From contig OY969114.1 in assembly GCA_963698035.1 (NCBI GenBank), forward strand, positions 744,854 to 776,853: a DNA stretch of 32,000 nucleotides. Reading direction: 5' to 3'. Made by a program: the position numbers and the translations under genes. Of the stretch, positions 16,215 to 23,532 are shown one piece after another. The number at the start of each line of letters is the position of its first letter. Position 1 is the first letter of the stretch. The DNA comes from Candidatus Saccharimonadota bacterium. Its GTDB lineage: Archaea; Micrarchaeota; Micrarchaeia; Micrarchaeales; Micrarchaeaceae. Under the pieces are notes generated by a model, which saw only the letters and a list, made by a program, of their open reading frames with translations, ran no database searches and had not been told where the DNA came from.

Positions 16215-16730
16215 GTGGGGGTTGAAAATCGCAAATACTCGGTCTATAGCTCAAACGTGATGGGCATCACAAAAGACGGCAGGCAGTACCTGAGGGATGT
16301 TCTCGTGCCCGCACTGAAAAAGCAGGGCAACATAGAAATCCTGGATCCGTGGGAATCTACATTGGCCGTGCGGGAGGAGGACATGCCAAGCAATCCGCCA
16401 TGCATGAGCAACGAGGAAAGAATGAAGATAGGCGTGGAGAACTTTGGCATGATCGACAGGGCCGATTTTATACTTGCTAACCTGGACGGGCGAGACGTTG
16501 ATTCTGGAGTCGGCGCAGAAATAGGATACGCCTATGCAAAAGGCAAGAAGATAATAGGATACTATAGAATTGATCCCGCTGCGTCGGGGTATAATGGACC
16601 CATACCGGAGAACATCCAGATTGAGGCCCCTATAAAACTATCCGGTGGGATAGTGGCAAGGAACCTGGACGACGCCATCAAAAGGCTTCAGGCAATGATA
16701 GAAACTGCCCCAAAGCTAGACAATGGCTAG
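16215..16730 (+). CDS. nucleoside 2-deoxyribosyltransferase / DNPH1-like family protein
   Basis: 171 aa. LANLDGRDVDSGVGAEIGYAYAKGKKIIGY matches the family motif. GTG 16215 lies about 25 nt after a TTTATATT box; ATG 16260 is an alternative start. Confidence 0.82.
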   Translation: MGVENRKYSVYSSNVMGITKDGRQYLRDVLVPALKKQGNIEILDPWESTLAVREEDMPSNPPCMSNEERMKIGVENFGMIDRADFILANLDGRDVDSGVGAEIGYAYAKGKKIIGYYRIDPAASGYNGPIPENIQIEAPIKLSGGIVARNLDDAIKRLQAMIETAPKLDNG

Positions 16731-16734
16731 AGAG
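16707..16734 (+). repeat. 28-nt exact repeat, copy 1 (GCCCCAAAGCTAGACAATGGCTAGAGAG)
   Basis: Identical to 20601-20628. Here it encodes the last residues (APKLDNG) and the stop codon of the 16215-16730 gene. Confidence 0.9.
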
Positions 16735-16745
16735 AAGGGGAGCGG

Positions 16746-17051
16746 TTAGAGTGCTGTAAGAGCTATACCTATGATGAAAAAAACACCAAGAACAACCGCC
16801 ACTGCTATAATTACAATATTCCCTATGAGCAGTTTTTTAGAAAGGTTTGCAAGTTTGGGATCGTCGTCTTTGCAAACGAAGTATACAACTATAGGGCCTA
16901 GTATGTTTAGCAGATAAAGCAGGGAAAAAACCCTCTTCTTGCTTTCTGAGAGCAACACATAGATTATCGCGATTATGGATCCTATACCACCCACTAAGCC
17001 AGCAAGATACCACCAGTTGCTTGCGTCATTCCTGCGGTTCCATTTTGCCAT
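16746..17051 (-). CDS. small membrane protein, function unknown
   Basis: 101 aa with three hydrophobic helices. An ATAAATATA box read on the minus strand (17077-17085) lies about 27 nt from the ATG. Confidence 0.65.
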   Translation of the reverse strand: MAKWNRRNDASNWWYLAGLVGGIGSIIAIIYVLLSESKKRVFSLLYLLNILGPIVVYFVCKDDDPKLANLSKKLLIGNIVIIAVAVVLGVFFIIGIALTAL

Positions 17052-17140
17052 GTATATAATAAATGATTTGGGTTATTATATTTATCTTTATCTCAAACCC
17101 TAGCTAAACCATACCCAAGCCTCAAGCCAAGGAAGCTAGA

Positions 17141-17231
17141 TAAGGGCTGGAGAGAAGAGGAGCGTGTTTCTAAAAGGGAATTCTAGGGCTCCCTAGAGCC
17201 TCCCTCTGCCTCTTAGAAATACTTAAATATC
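17141..17231 (+). repeat. promoter-bearing intergenic repeat, copy 3 (diverged)
   Basis: TAAGGGCTGGAGAGAAGAGGAGCG..GGGAATTCTAGGGCTCCCTAGAGCCTCCCTCTGCCTCTTAGAAATACTTAAATATC. It has the same module order as 13231 and 14291, and the TATA box lies at 17223-17231. Confidence 0.65.
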
Positions 17232-17259
17232 AAGATAAAGTGAGCACTTCTGTGATAGA

Positions 17260-17454
17260 ATGCCAGAAACAATCAAGAGAATTGAGACGAAGACTACATG
17301 GTCCGAAGTCCGTAAACTAGAAGATGGTGGTCGTGATTATCTTTATGGCCTTAAAGGTAGTGATGAACATACGCACACAACCACGAACAGTGATGGAGAT
17401 ATAACACACCGTGATGAACACAGCCCTAACGATACCAAAAAGCTCAAGAGATAA
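17260..17454 (+). CDS. hypothetical small hydrophilic protein
   Basis: 64 aa with an ATGCCA start 37 nt after TTAAATATC and the shared leader AAGATAAAGTGAGC..TGTGATAGA-ATG. Rich in His, Thr and Asp. Confidence 0.5.
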   Translation: MPETIKRIETKTTWSEVRKLEDGGRDYLYGLKGSDEHTHTTTNSDGDITHRDEHSPNDTKKLKR

Positions 17455-17495
17455 GGAGCTATTTTGGGCTCCCTAGAGCCCCAGAAACGCAAGCT

Positions 17496-17504
17496 ATATA
17501 TATC
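17496..17504 (+). promoter_or_regulatory. TATA box (ATATATATC) inside a TA-rich near-palindrome, relBE promoter
   Basis: CTATATATATCTATAGGTATATATATATAAC. It lies 30 nt before ATG 17526. Confidence 0.55.
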
Positions 17505-17525
17505 TATAGGTATATATATATAACT

Positions 17526-17759
17526 ATGGATAGTATAACTACCGTGCAGGTAAAGGTCAGCACAAAAAGAAAGCTGGAACAGCTTAAAATCGCACCTCAA
17601 GAGTCTATGGACTCTGTAATAGAGAGATTGACACATCTTGCCATAGATGAAGAGCCTCTTTCTAAGGAAGAAATCGCGGGCATAAGAAAAAGTCTCAAGG
17701 ACATCGAAAATGGAAGGGTTTACCCAGCAAGCGAGGTCTACAAGAAGCTAGGGATTTAA
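17526..17759 (+). CDS. relB: RelB/ParD-like antitoxin
   Basis: 77 aa with N-terminal VQVKVSTKRKLEQLK and C-terminal EEIAGIRKSLKDIENGRVYPASEVYKKLGI. The stop overlaps the toxin start (TAATG). Confidence 0.8.
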   Translation: MDSITTVQVKVSTKRKLEQLKIAPQESMDSVIERLTHLAIDEEPLSKEEIAGIRKSLKDIENGRVYPASEVYKKLGI

Positions 17760-18016
17760 TGCCGTTCGGCATTTATTATACGGATAGCGCGGCCAAAGAG
17801 CTAGGCAAGTTAAATAAAAGCTTGGCAACAAGAATCAAATCCAAATTAGAAAAGGTAAGCGTCGACCCGACAGCTTTCGTTAAACGTTTGAAGGGTGTTG
17901 ATCTCTATAGTTTACGCGTTGGGGATTATAGGATATTGATGGACATACAAGCTAGTACTGGGAAGATTATAATAACTAAGATTGGGCACAGAAAGAACAT
18001 TTATGAAGGAATCTGA
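17759..18016 (+). CDS. relE: RelE/ParE-superfamily toxin
   Basis: 85 aa with the signature YSLRVGDYRILMDI...IIITKIGHRKNIYE. Confidence 0.9.
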   Translation: MPFGIYYTDSAAKELGKLNKSLATRIKSKLEKVSVDPTAFVKRLKGVDLYSLRVGDYRILMDIQASTGKIIITKIGHRKNIYEGI

Positions 18017-18154
18017 TGGTTTCTTCTTCCCTAGCCCACGCTCAGAGAGCGAGAGGGGAAGGGGCCAGAGAGAAGGGGAGCTATCTTGGGCGCTGCTGGC
18101 GCCTTAGAGTGGGCTAGAGGGCCTGCGAGGCCCTCCTGAACCTTCTAAAAAGAC

Positions 18155-18163
18155 TTATATATC
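18155..18163 (+). promoter_or_regulatory. BRE/TATA promoter box TTATATATC (with shared leader module)
   Basis: CTAAAAAGAC-TTATATATC-TAGAGAAATAGAG..AAGTGATAAT-ATG, 39 nt before ATG 18194. Confidence 0.6.
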
Positions 18164-18193
18164 TAGAGAAATAGAGAAAGTGCAAGTGATAAT

Positions 18194-18382
18194 ATGGAAG
18201 TACAAAAGCCTACGCGTTTGAATAATAGATATACTATCGAGGTCGCGACACCTCTTCTAAGACCTGGGCTGTCTATACACACAGAGGTTTCTGAACGCTA
18301 TGTAGTTCCAGTCACATTGAAGTTAATGAGCATGTTAAGAGAAATTAATGCAACTGAGAACGAGAAAATAGAACAAAAGTGA
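18194..18382 (+). CDS. hypothetical small protein
   Basis: 62 aa behind the shared leader. Its TGA stop is embedded in the GTGATAAT motif that precedes the next gene. Confidence 0.5.
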   Translation: MEVQKPTRLNNRYTIEVATPLLRPGLSIHTEVSERYVVPVTLKLMSMLREINATENEKIEQK

Positions 18383-18386
18383 TAAT
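18379..18386 (+). promoter_or_regulatory. Shine-Dalgarno-like GTGATAAT at an internal operon junction
   Basis: It contains the upstream stop codon (TGA 18380-18382) and directly precedes ATG 18387. Confidence 0.6.
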
Positions 18387-18974
18387 ATGCCAGCGAGATA
18401 TCATCCTGATGAAGAATCAAAAGCACCATCTGAACTTGCAAGGAAAAGCCAAGCAGTGAAGGAGGTTTCGCTAGAGACTTTCATGAAGCACGCATGTGCA
18501 GTGCTTGAGAGCAACGGACATCCTATACTAAGTCCAAACGGTTACAGGGCTTGGGATCATGCTCTTTATGAGCTAAAGGGATCAGCACCAGTTGGCACCG
18601 AGATACCAGACAGTGTAAGGATTCTTAAATGGAGAGAAGACCATAACGAGGTGATCCAGAGCGCTTTTGATATGCTAATAGCAAGATGGACGATCTTTAC
18701 ACCAAATCCGCGCAGCATTGAATATAAATTTAGCATAGACTGGCCGGAAAAGGGTCGATCAGCCCTCAAGGATGCAATGGAAGAACTAGGCCAGATGCCA
18801 GAACCGTACCAAAAAGCTGTAGAGGCACTTGCTGAGAAGCTAGCCTGCAGGGTAAATAGCGTGAAACCCTTAGGTATCTTCAGTATGTTCGCAGAAGTTG
18901 AGCTCACTCCTGTACCACTGCGAAAAATAAGCCAAGATACATCAACGCCTCAATCAGTCAACCAGCCTAGCTAA
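18387..18974 (+). CDS. hypothetical protein
   Basis: 195 aa with an ATGCCA start, coupled to 18194-18382. No motif recognised. Confidence 0.65.
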   Translation: MPARYHPDEESKAPSELARKSQAVKEVSLETFMKHACAVLESNGHPILSPNGYRAWDHALYELKGSAPVGTEIPDSVRILKWREDHNEVIQSAFDMLIARWTIFTPNPRSIEYKFSIDWPEKGRSALKDAMEELGQMPEPYQKAVEALAEKLACRVNSVKPLGIFSMFAEVELTPVPLRKISQDTSTPQSVNQPS

Positions 18975-18995
18975 GTAGCTAAAGAGAAGCGCAAA

Positions 18996-19044
18996 GGGCT
19001 AGAGAGAAGGGGAGATAGAGCACCTCGCTATGGGGCCCCGAGAG
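18996..19044 (+). repeat. about 50-nt intergenic repeat, copy 2 (diverged)
   Basis: GGGCTAGAGAGAAGGGGAGATAGAGCACCTCGCTATGGGGCCCCGAGAG. Confidence 0.65.
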
Positions 19045-19049
19045 TTGGC

Positions 19050-19069
19050 GGGGGGCTAGGGCGGGAGGG
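19050..19069 (+). other. G-quadruplex-type motif
   Basis: GGGGGGCTAGGGCGGGAGGG: four runs of at least three G with loops of 1-4 nt. Confidence 0.5.
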
Positions 19070-19134
19070 CTAAACACCCCAGAGAGGCCGAACATTTATA
19101 CGCTTTACTTGAGAGGGCTAGAATAGGCGATTCT

Positions 19135-19347
19135 ATGCTTAAAATAAGCACATGGAGAAAGCACTTGGACTATGCGACGCTCTTACTAACGCTCATACTA
19201 TTTGAGTTTATTGTTAGCGTGATAATGCTTTTAGTAGGACATCTCACAGGAAACGCATACTTCCGGGGAGTTGGAATCGGGCTTGTAATCGCTTGGGTAA
19301 CGAGCGCCTTAGCCTATTTTATTGTAAGAAAGTCAAAGCAAAGATGA
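19135..19347 (+). CDS. small membrane protein, function unknown
   Basis: 70 aa with two hydrophobic helices and a basic C-terminus. Confidence 0.55.
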   Translation: MLKISTWRKHLDYATLLLTLILFEFIVSVIMLLVGHLTGNAYFRGVGIGLVIAWVTSALAYFIVRKSKQR

Positions 19348-19488
19348 AAGCGTGAAGGTCATCAAGAAACCACGCCATCACAGTTCTTTCAAGCCAAATA
19401 GCTTAAAGCCTTAGCCCAAGCCCCCTCCCAAAGGCCCGAGAGCAGGCGGGAGAGAGAAGGGGGGGAGAAGGCTAGGTCCTGAAAGGCT

Positions 19489-19497
19489 ATAAATACC
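19489..19497 (+). promoter_or_regulatory. BRE/TATA promoter box ATAAATACC
   Basis: GAAAGGCT-ATAAATACC-TTGATTGCGCAACGGCATT-ATG, 28 nt before ATG 19517. The downstream GCGCAACGG is shared with the promoter at 27183. Confidence 0.55.
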
Positions 19498-19516
19498 TTG
19501 ATTGCGCAACGGCATT

Positions 19517-19999
19517 ATGGCCAGTAGAACGCTTAAGAGATATGGACTTGAGAGTGCAGCCAAGATACTTATCGCTGTTGGATTGCTGCTTATTCTTTTA
19601 TCGTGGTTTGTAGGAGCTTATTATTACGGGCTCAGTGGCGAGATCACGCTCTTCATAGCACCCTTCATATTCACCTGCGTCTCAGTAGGGGTCCTTTTGG
19701 TAATCAGATACAGGTACACGTTATTTGAAAAATACCCATATCTTGTAAGTCTTCCCTCATTGTTTTACCATGTTGGAGGACGACAAAATGACACAAGCAA
19801 GCAGAGCATTGCCTTCAGCATGATATACACTGTGCATTCGTTGGTGCTGGCCTTTATAGGTGTCATGTGCCTGCTTATGACATTCACCATAGCTGCCGAA
19901 TATGTACCAACACTATACGTTTATCTGGGAGCGGTGGCGATCCTGATTGCAGCAGTGTTCCTGCAGTATCGGAGGATATACATTAGATTTTCGAAGTGA
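19517..19999 (+). CDS. membrane protein (four predicted helices), function unknown
   Basis: 160 aa from ATG 19517; the track start is TTG 19502. Leaderless spacing from the TATA box. Confidence 0.65.
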   Translation: MASRTLKRYGLESAAKILIAVGLLLILLSWFVGAYYYGLSGEITLFIAPFIFTCVSVGVLLVIRYRYTLFEKYPYLVSLPSLFYHVGGRQNDTSKQSIAFSMIYTVHSLVLAFIGVMCLLMTFTIAAEYVPTLYVYLGAVAILIAAVFLQYRRIYIRFSK

Positions 20000-20021
20000 A
20001 GAGCTTAACAGAACCACACAA

Positions 20022-20070
20022 GGGCTAGAGAGAGGGTGAGCTAGAGCACCCCTCTAAGGGGCCCTAGAGC
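20022..20070 (+). repeat. about 50-nt intergenic repeat, copy 3
   Basis: GGGCTAGAGAGAGGGTGAGCTAGAGCACCCCTCTAAGGGGCCCTAGAGC. Confidence 0.75.
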
Positions 20071-20114
20071 GGGCTAGGCTCCCTTGCCTTCTTCTCACTC
20101 GTCAACCTTCAGAG

Positions 20115-20531
20115 TCAGATCTTTCTTGACATAGTGTTCATTTTCTTTTTAAAACCCATCCTTTCGAACTTCTTGACGTTGAAGTCTTTAGTGTATAATG
20201 TTGCAAGCTTTGCCTTTCCTTTCCACTTCGCGAGAAATATTTTCATCATTTTCTTGCCTATCCCCTTGCCTCTGTATACTTTGACGACAAATTCATCATC
20301 TAATAAGAGGTTTCCGCCCTCGCATTTAGCTAGCAAGCCTCTAGTAAACCCTACGGTCTTGCCATCAACTATTGCTACCATTACGTTGAATTTTGACCTG
20401 CCAATCACTGCTTTAAGCTCATTTTTTGAAATACGGTCCCACCATTCGGGGAATTCCTTATGAGCAATCGTATCAAGCTTAAGCAGTGAATTTACATCGC
20501 TGCTTGCAGCCCATCTAATATTAAGGTTCAT
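20115..20531 (-). CDS. GNAT-family N-acetyltransferase
   Basis: 138 aa from ATG 20531; the track start is TTG 20549. Acetyl-CoA motif A is VVKVYRGKGIGKKMM. Confidence 0.85.
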   Translation of the reverse strand: MNLNIRWAASSDVNSLLKLDTIAHKEFPEWWDRISKNELKAVIGRSKFNVMVAIVDGKTVGFTRGLLAKCEGGNLLLDDEFVVKVYRGKGIGKKMMKIFLAKWKGKAKLATLYTKDFNVKKFERMGFKKKMNTMSRKI

Positions 20532-20547
20532 AGCTAAGCTTCTCAAC

Positions 20548-20607
20548 AAAGCCTTAAAGCCTTTAGCTATCTAGCTAAGCCACTAGCTAAGCTAAGCCAA
20601 GCCCCAA
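20548..20607 (+). repeat. extended AAGCC/TAGCT tract
   Basis: AAAGCCTTAAAGCCTTTAGCTATCTAGCTAAGCCACTAGCTAAGCTAAGCCAAGCCCCAAAG. This is the longest example of the C-rich tract in the window. Confidence 0.6.
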
Positions 20608-20628
20608 AGCTAGACAATGGCTAGAGAG
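20601..20628 (+). repeat. 28-nt exact repeat, copy 2
   Basis: Identical to 16707-16734. Its 3' part overlaps the stop codon and last codons of the minus-strand gene 20621-21448. Confidence 0.9.
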
Positions 20629-21448
20629 GGAAGCTAGACCCCAGCATCTTATAAATCAAGTTCTGCGTCCCATTCACAGGCAGGATTAGGCGCTCAATTT
20701 TTCTTGCTAGCGCAAACGAGCTTACATACATCATGTGCGGAAGTTTTATGCCTTTAAGCTGTTCGTAAGACCGGTGTCCAAAGTTCAATGCTGACAAAAT
20801 TCCTTCTAAATCAGAGTGTGTAATATACTCCTCTTCAAGCTGGTGTAAAGTAAGCCTCCTTTCCCTAAGCCTTCTATAAAGGAGTAATGACGCCATACGC
20901 GGGAATTCCCTGTAATCACAGAAACGCACATCAAAACCTGCGTTCCTGTATTCCTTTTTGGCCGTGATGATGCCGGGCAAATTCTGCGTGCTACCAACGA
21001 TAATCATCTTGCGCCTTAAGATTTCCTCGCTTTTAAGTCTTATGATCGCCGCCCGAAGAAAATTTGAATATCCTCTGCCCCTATATTTCTTGCCTATGAA
21101 AAACGTAGTACTTTCCAGCACCCTTCCGGCATCAGCACCCTTTGCAGTCTTATAATTTAATTGCACCATTCTAGTATAACCTATAGGAGTAGGGCTTTTG
21201 AGATCGGTAAGGATAACAGAATCGCCATTATAAAAAGAATCGGTTAAATCCTTTAGCGAGACCGGGACCAGTTTTTTCTCATCGGCTATCTCTCCATGCA
21301 GCGTTTTTAACATTATAGATATAGTCGGGTTCCTCCTGCTGCAGGAGTAAAGAAAGGGGAAACCTCCCCAAAAAGCAAGCCCATATTTTTGGTTTATATT
21401 CTCTTTTGGAACAGTGAAACCGAATAGTTGCATAGTGGATCGTACCAT
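20621..21448 (-). CDS. GNAT-like acyltransferase-fold protein (tentative)
   Basis: 275 aa. FFIGKKYRGRGYSNFLRAAIIRL resembles GNAT motif A. The start lies 2 nt after the upstream gene's stop. Confidence 0.6.
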   Translation of the reverse strand: MVRSTMQLFGFTVPKENINQKYGLAFWGGFPFLYSCSRRNPTISIMLKTLHGEIADEKKLVPVSLKDLTDSFYNGDSVILTDLKSPTPIGYTRMVQLNYKTAKGADAGRVLESTTFFIGKKYRGRGYSNFLRAAIIRLKSEEILRRKMIIVGSTQNLPGIITAKKEYRNAGFDVRFCDYREFPRMASLLLYRRLRERRLTLHQLEEEYITHSDLEGILSALNFGHRSYEQLKGIKLPHMMYVSSFALARKIERLILPVNGTQNLIYKMLGSSFPL

Positions 21449-21450
21449 GG

Positions 21451-22074
21451 CTACTCTTTAATAGCTATTTTTACCTCATCCGTGACCGCGTCCACCACCT
21501 TATGCAAATTAGCCAGCGTTTCATTTTTGTCCTTCCCCCCAAAAGAATGGTCTGCGCCCTCTATCACTATCAGTTTAGTGCTAGGCAGCAACTTCCTGAA
21601 AATAGCAATATCAAACAGCGGATCAGCCGCACCTATAATGAACACCAGCCTAGCAGTGTTGGATCTTATTTTGGCGATCTCATCGCTTTTGTTGTTGAGT
21701 TCTTCGCTCTTGTAAAGCGGATAGCCCAGGTTTATTACTTTCTTGACCATCAGGGTATCTACGGCTATTGCTGCGGATAGCTTTGCACCGTATGACTTCC
21801 CAACAAGAATCACTTTCTTGCAACCGAGCTCGTCCATGCATCCCCTAATCTCATCAATGTTTGTTTTGGCATCCTTCTCTTTTGAACCATCCACAAAGGA
21901 GAAATTGAACCTCAAAACGCTGCAATACCTTTTTAATTCGCTGAATAGCATCTCTATTAACTCGTTGCTCATGTTGTTGTTTGCGCCGTGGCTCAAGACA
22001 ATTCCGAACTCTGAGCCACGCTTTCTTGATATGTCAGCATCTACATAATGATCCAAAACTTTTATTTTCGCCAC
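21451..22074 (-). CDS. alpha/beta hydrolase (dienelactone-hydrolase-like)
   Basis: 207 aa with the nucleophile elbow VGKSYGAKLS (G-x-S-x-G), and later FIIGAADPLF and IEGADHSF. Confidence 0.85.
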   Translation of the reverse strand: MAKIKVLDHYVDADISRKRGSEFGIVLSHGANNNMSNELIEMLFSELKRYCSVLRFNFSFVDGSKEKDAKTNIDEIRGCMDELGCKKVILVGKSYGAKLSAAIAVDTLMVKKVINLGYPLYKSEELNNKSDEIAKIRSNTARLVFIIGAADPLFDIAIFRKLLPSTKLIVIEGADHSFGGKDKNETLANLHKVVDAVTDEVKIAIKE

Positions 22075-22076
22075 AA

Positions 22077-23363
22077 TTATCCCCTCAACACGCCCGATAT
22101 CCAGTCCTCTTTACGCAAATTTGATCTCCTCACCAGACCCCGCGCCTTTGATTCCAAATGGTTTCCAAGCTGGCCGATCTCATCCAGTACAGTTTCCATA
22201 GGGGTTTCGTGACTCTTTTCGGACCTGATGTATTCTATCTCCACCTGGATTAGTTCATTTCTTTTTTGCGCCTGTGAAAGGTCCACCGATATGTTGTATA
22301 TGAGGCCAGAATTGCTTCTAACATAGCTTAGCCTTTTTATGCGCCTTGAGATGCCAATTGATGGCAGGGAGGTAACATCCAAGACATTATCTCTTACAAC
22401 GCTTCCTTCCACTTTTTCCTCTTTTCTAATCAGCACATTTCCACTAGTGAAAGTTCCTTTGTCTTTTACAATATAGCGCGGCTCCCCGACCCCCATATAC
22501 ATCACTCTTGCAACCGCGCCATCTGGCAAGACCTTATAGTCATTTATTGATTCCAGCGTAGGCGGTTCTCTGCACGCCTCTAAGATCGAATATCCCCCCA
22601 GCTCCCCCTTCGCTATTGACACGTAGAACCTCATAAATGCTTCATGGCTTACGGCATCGAATTTTAGCTCTATCTCTTTTCCCGGTAGTTCGCTGAAACA
22701 ACCTAATTGCCTGAACGTCTCGCGGGGTCTATCGGTAAGGTATAAGGCATTGTACGGCAGATAATGCTTCGAAGGCCCCAATTTGGCGTATTGCTGGGAT
22801 GCCATCTCTGAAAACACTTCATACCCCTCTGGACCTGCATACTTAACTTCTACTACCGCTGGGCTCAAAATGCCTATCCTCTTCGGCATCCCGTCAGCAT
22901 CCACACTGAACAAAGATATATCGGAATCAAGAGACACCCTAACATCTTTTTTAGTAAATATCTGCCTTAAGTATTGAACCGCTACGGTGGGTCTGAAATC
23001 GTATACCCGTATTGGAAACTGAGCATTTAACTTGTCTACCACTTCCTGTGCCGTTCCCTTAAACCTGCGCTTACTTTTATCTTCAAAAGAGGTGTAGCCG
23101 ATGTCTATGAATTTTTCACCTGTGCTTACAAAATTTTCATCTGGCTCTCCGATGTATCTTCGGGTCCTCGCCGCCAATCCCAAAGGCATCGCTCTATCAG
23201 CTGTATCAAAATATACGTTCTGCACCCACGTTCTTGCCTCCGCATTCTCCTCCAATCCCAATCTTCTTGAGCGGTGCAAGAATTCTTCGGCAGGCATATA
23301 AAGTCTTCTTTCCTTGCGCTCAGAAAAAAGCTTATCATTTGGATCTTTTGTTATCTCTATCAA
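22077..23363 (-). CDS. tandem triphosphate-tunnel protein (VTC-like domain + CYTH domain)
   Basis: The N-terminal half has VQNVYFDT, ARTRRY, VRVSLDSD and AVVEVKY (VTC/polyphosphate-polymerase-like). The C-terminal half has EIELKF ... QVEIEY (CYTH ExExK-type). The start is uncertain: I chose TTG 23363, which follows a TATAATATTAA box. ATG 23297 and the track start 23600 are alternatives, and 23600 would overlap the GNAT gene on the other strand. Confidence 0.75.
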   Translation of the reverse strand: MIEITKDPNDKLFSERKERRLYMPAEEFLHRSRRLGLEENAEARTWVQNVYFDTADRAMPLGLAARTRRYIGEPDENFVSTGEKFIDIGYTSFEDKSKRRFKGTAQEVVDKLNAQFPIRVYDFRPTVAVQYLRQIFTKKDVRVSLDSDISLFSVDADGMPKRIGILSPAVVEVKYAGPEGYEVFSEMASQQYAKLGPSKHYLPYNALYLTDRPRETFRQLGCFSELPGKEIELKFDAVSHEAFMRFYVSIAKGELGGYSILEACREPPTLESINDYKVLPDGAVARVMYMGVGEPRYIVKDKGTFTSGNVLIRKEEKVEGSVVRDNVLDVTSLPSIGISRRIKRLSYVRSNSGLIYNISVDLSQAQKRNELIQVEIEYIRSEKSHETPMETVLDEIGQLGNHLESKARGLVRRSNLRKEDWISGVLRG

Positions 23364-23450
23364 GAAATCATCTACCGCCGTAAAGTGATTAATATTATAA
23401 CTCCGTATTAGATATATATCTCTTTTGTAGGGTGGCCAAAGCCCAGAGAT

Positions 23451-23472
23451 CCCCGCACTGGCTGGTGCGGGG
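23451..23472 (+). other. conserved GC stem-loop, copy 1
   Basis: AGAGAT-CCCCGCAC-TGGCTG-GTGCGGGG-CC, with an 8-bp stem. It is homologous to 27135-27156, where two base pairs are changed in a compensatory way. Confidence 0.6.
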
Positions 23473-23532
23473 CCCTTATGAGAACCCAAAAGGAATTTAT
23501 AGGAACTTGAAATAAGACATATTGGTGGAATT

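Noticed and set aside
17340-17420. C/D-box sRNA, suggested by two GTGATGA strings
   Set aside because: There are no CTGA D boxes or terminal stem at appropriate spacing, and the region is inside ORF 17260-17454.
12689-20070. CRISPR array, suggested by the recurring GGGCTAGAGAGAAGGG-type repeats
   Set aside because: The repeats are degenerate, irregularly spaced at 0.3-1.5 kb, separated by full protein genes with their own promoters, and accompanied by no cas genes. This is not CRISPR architecture.
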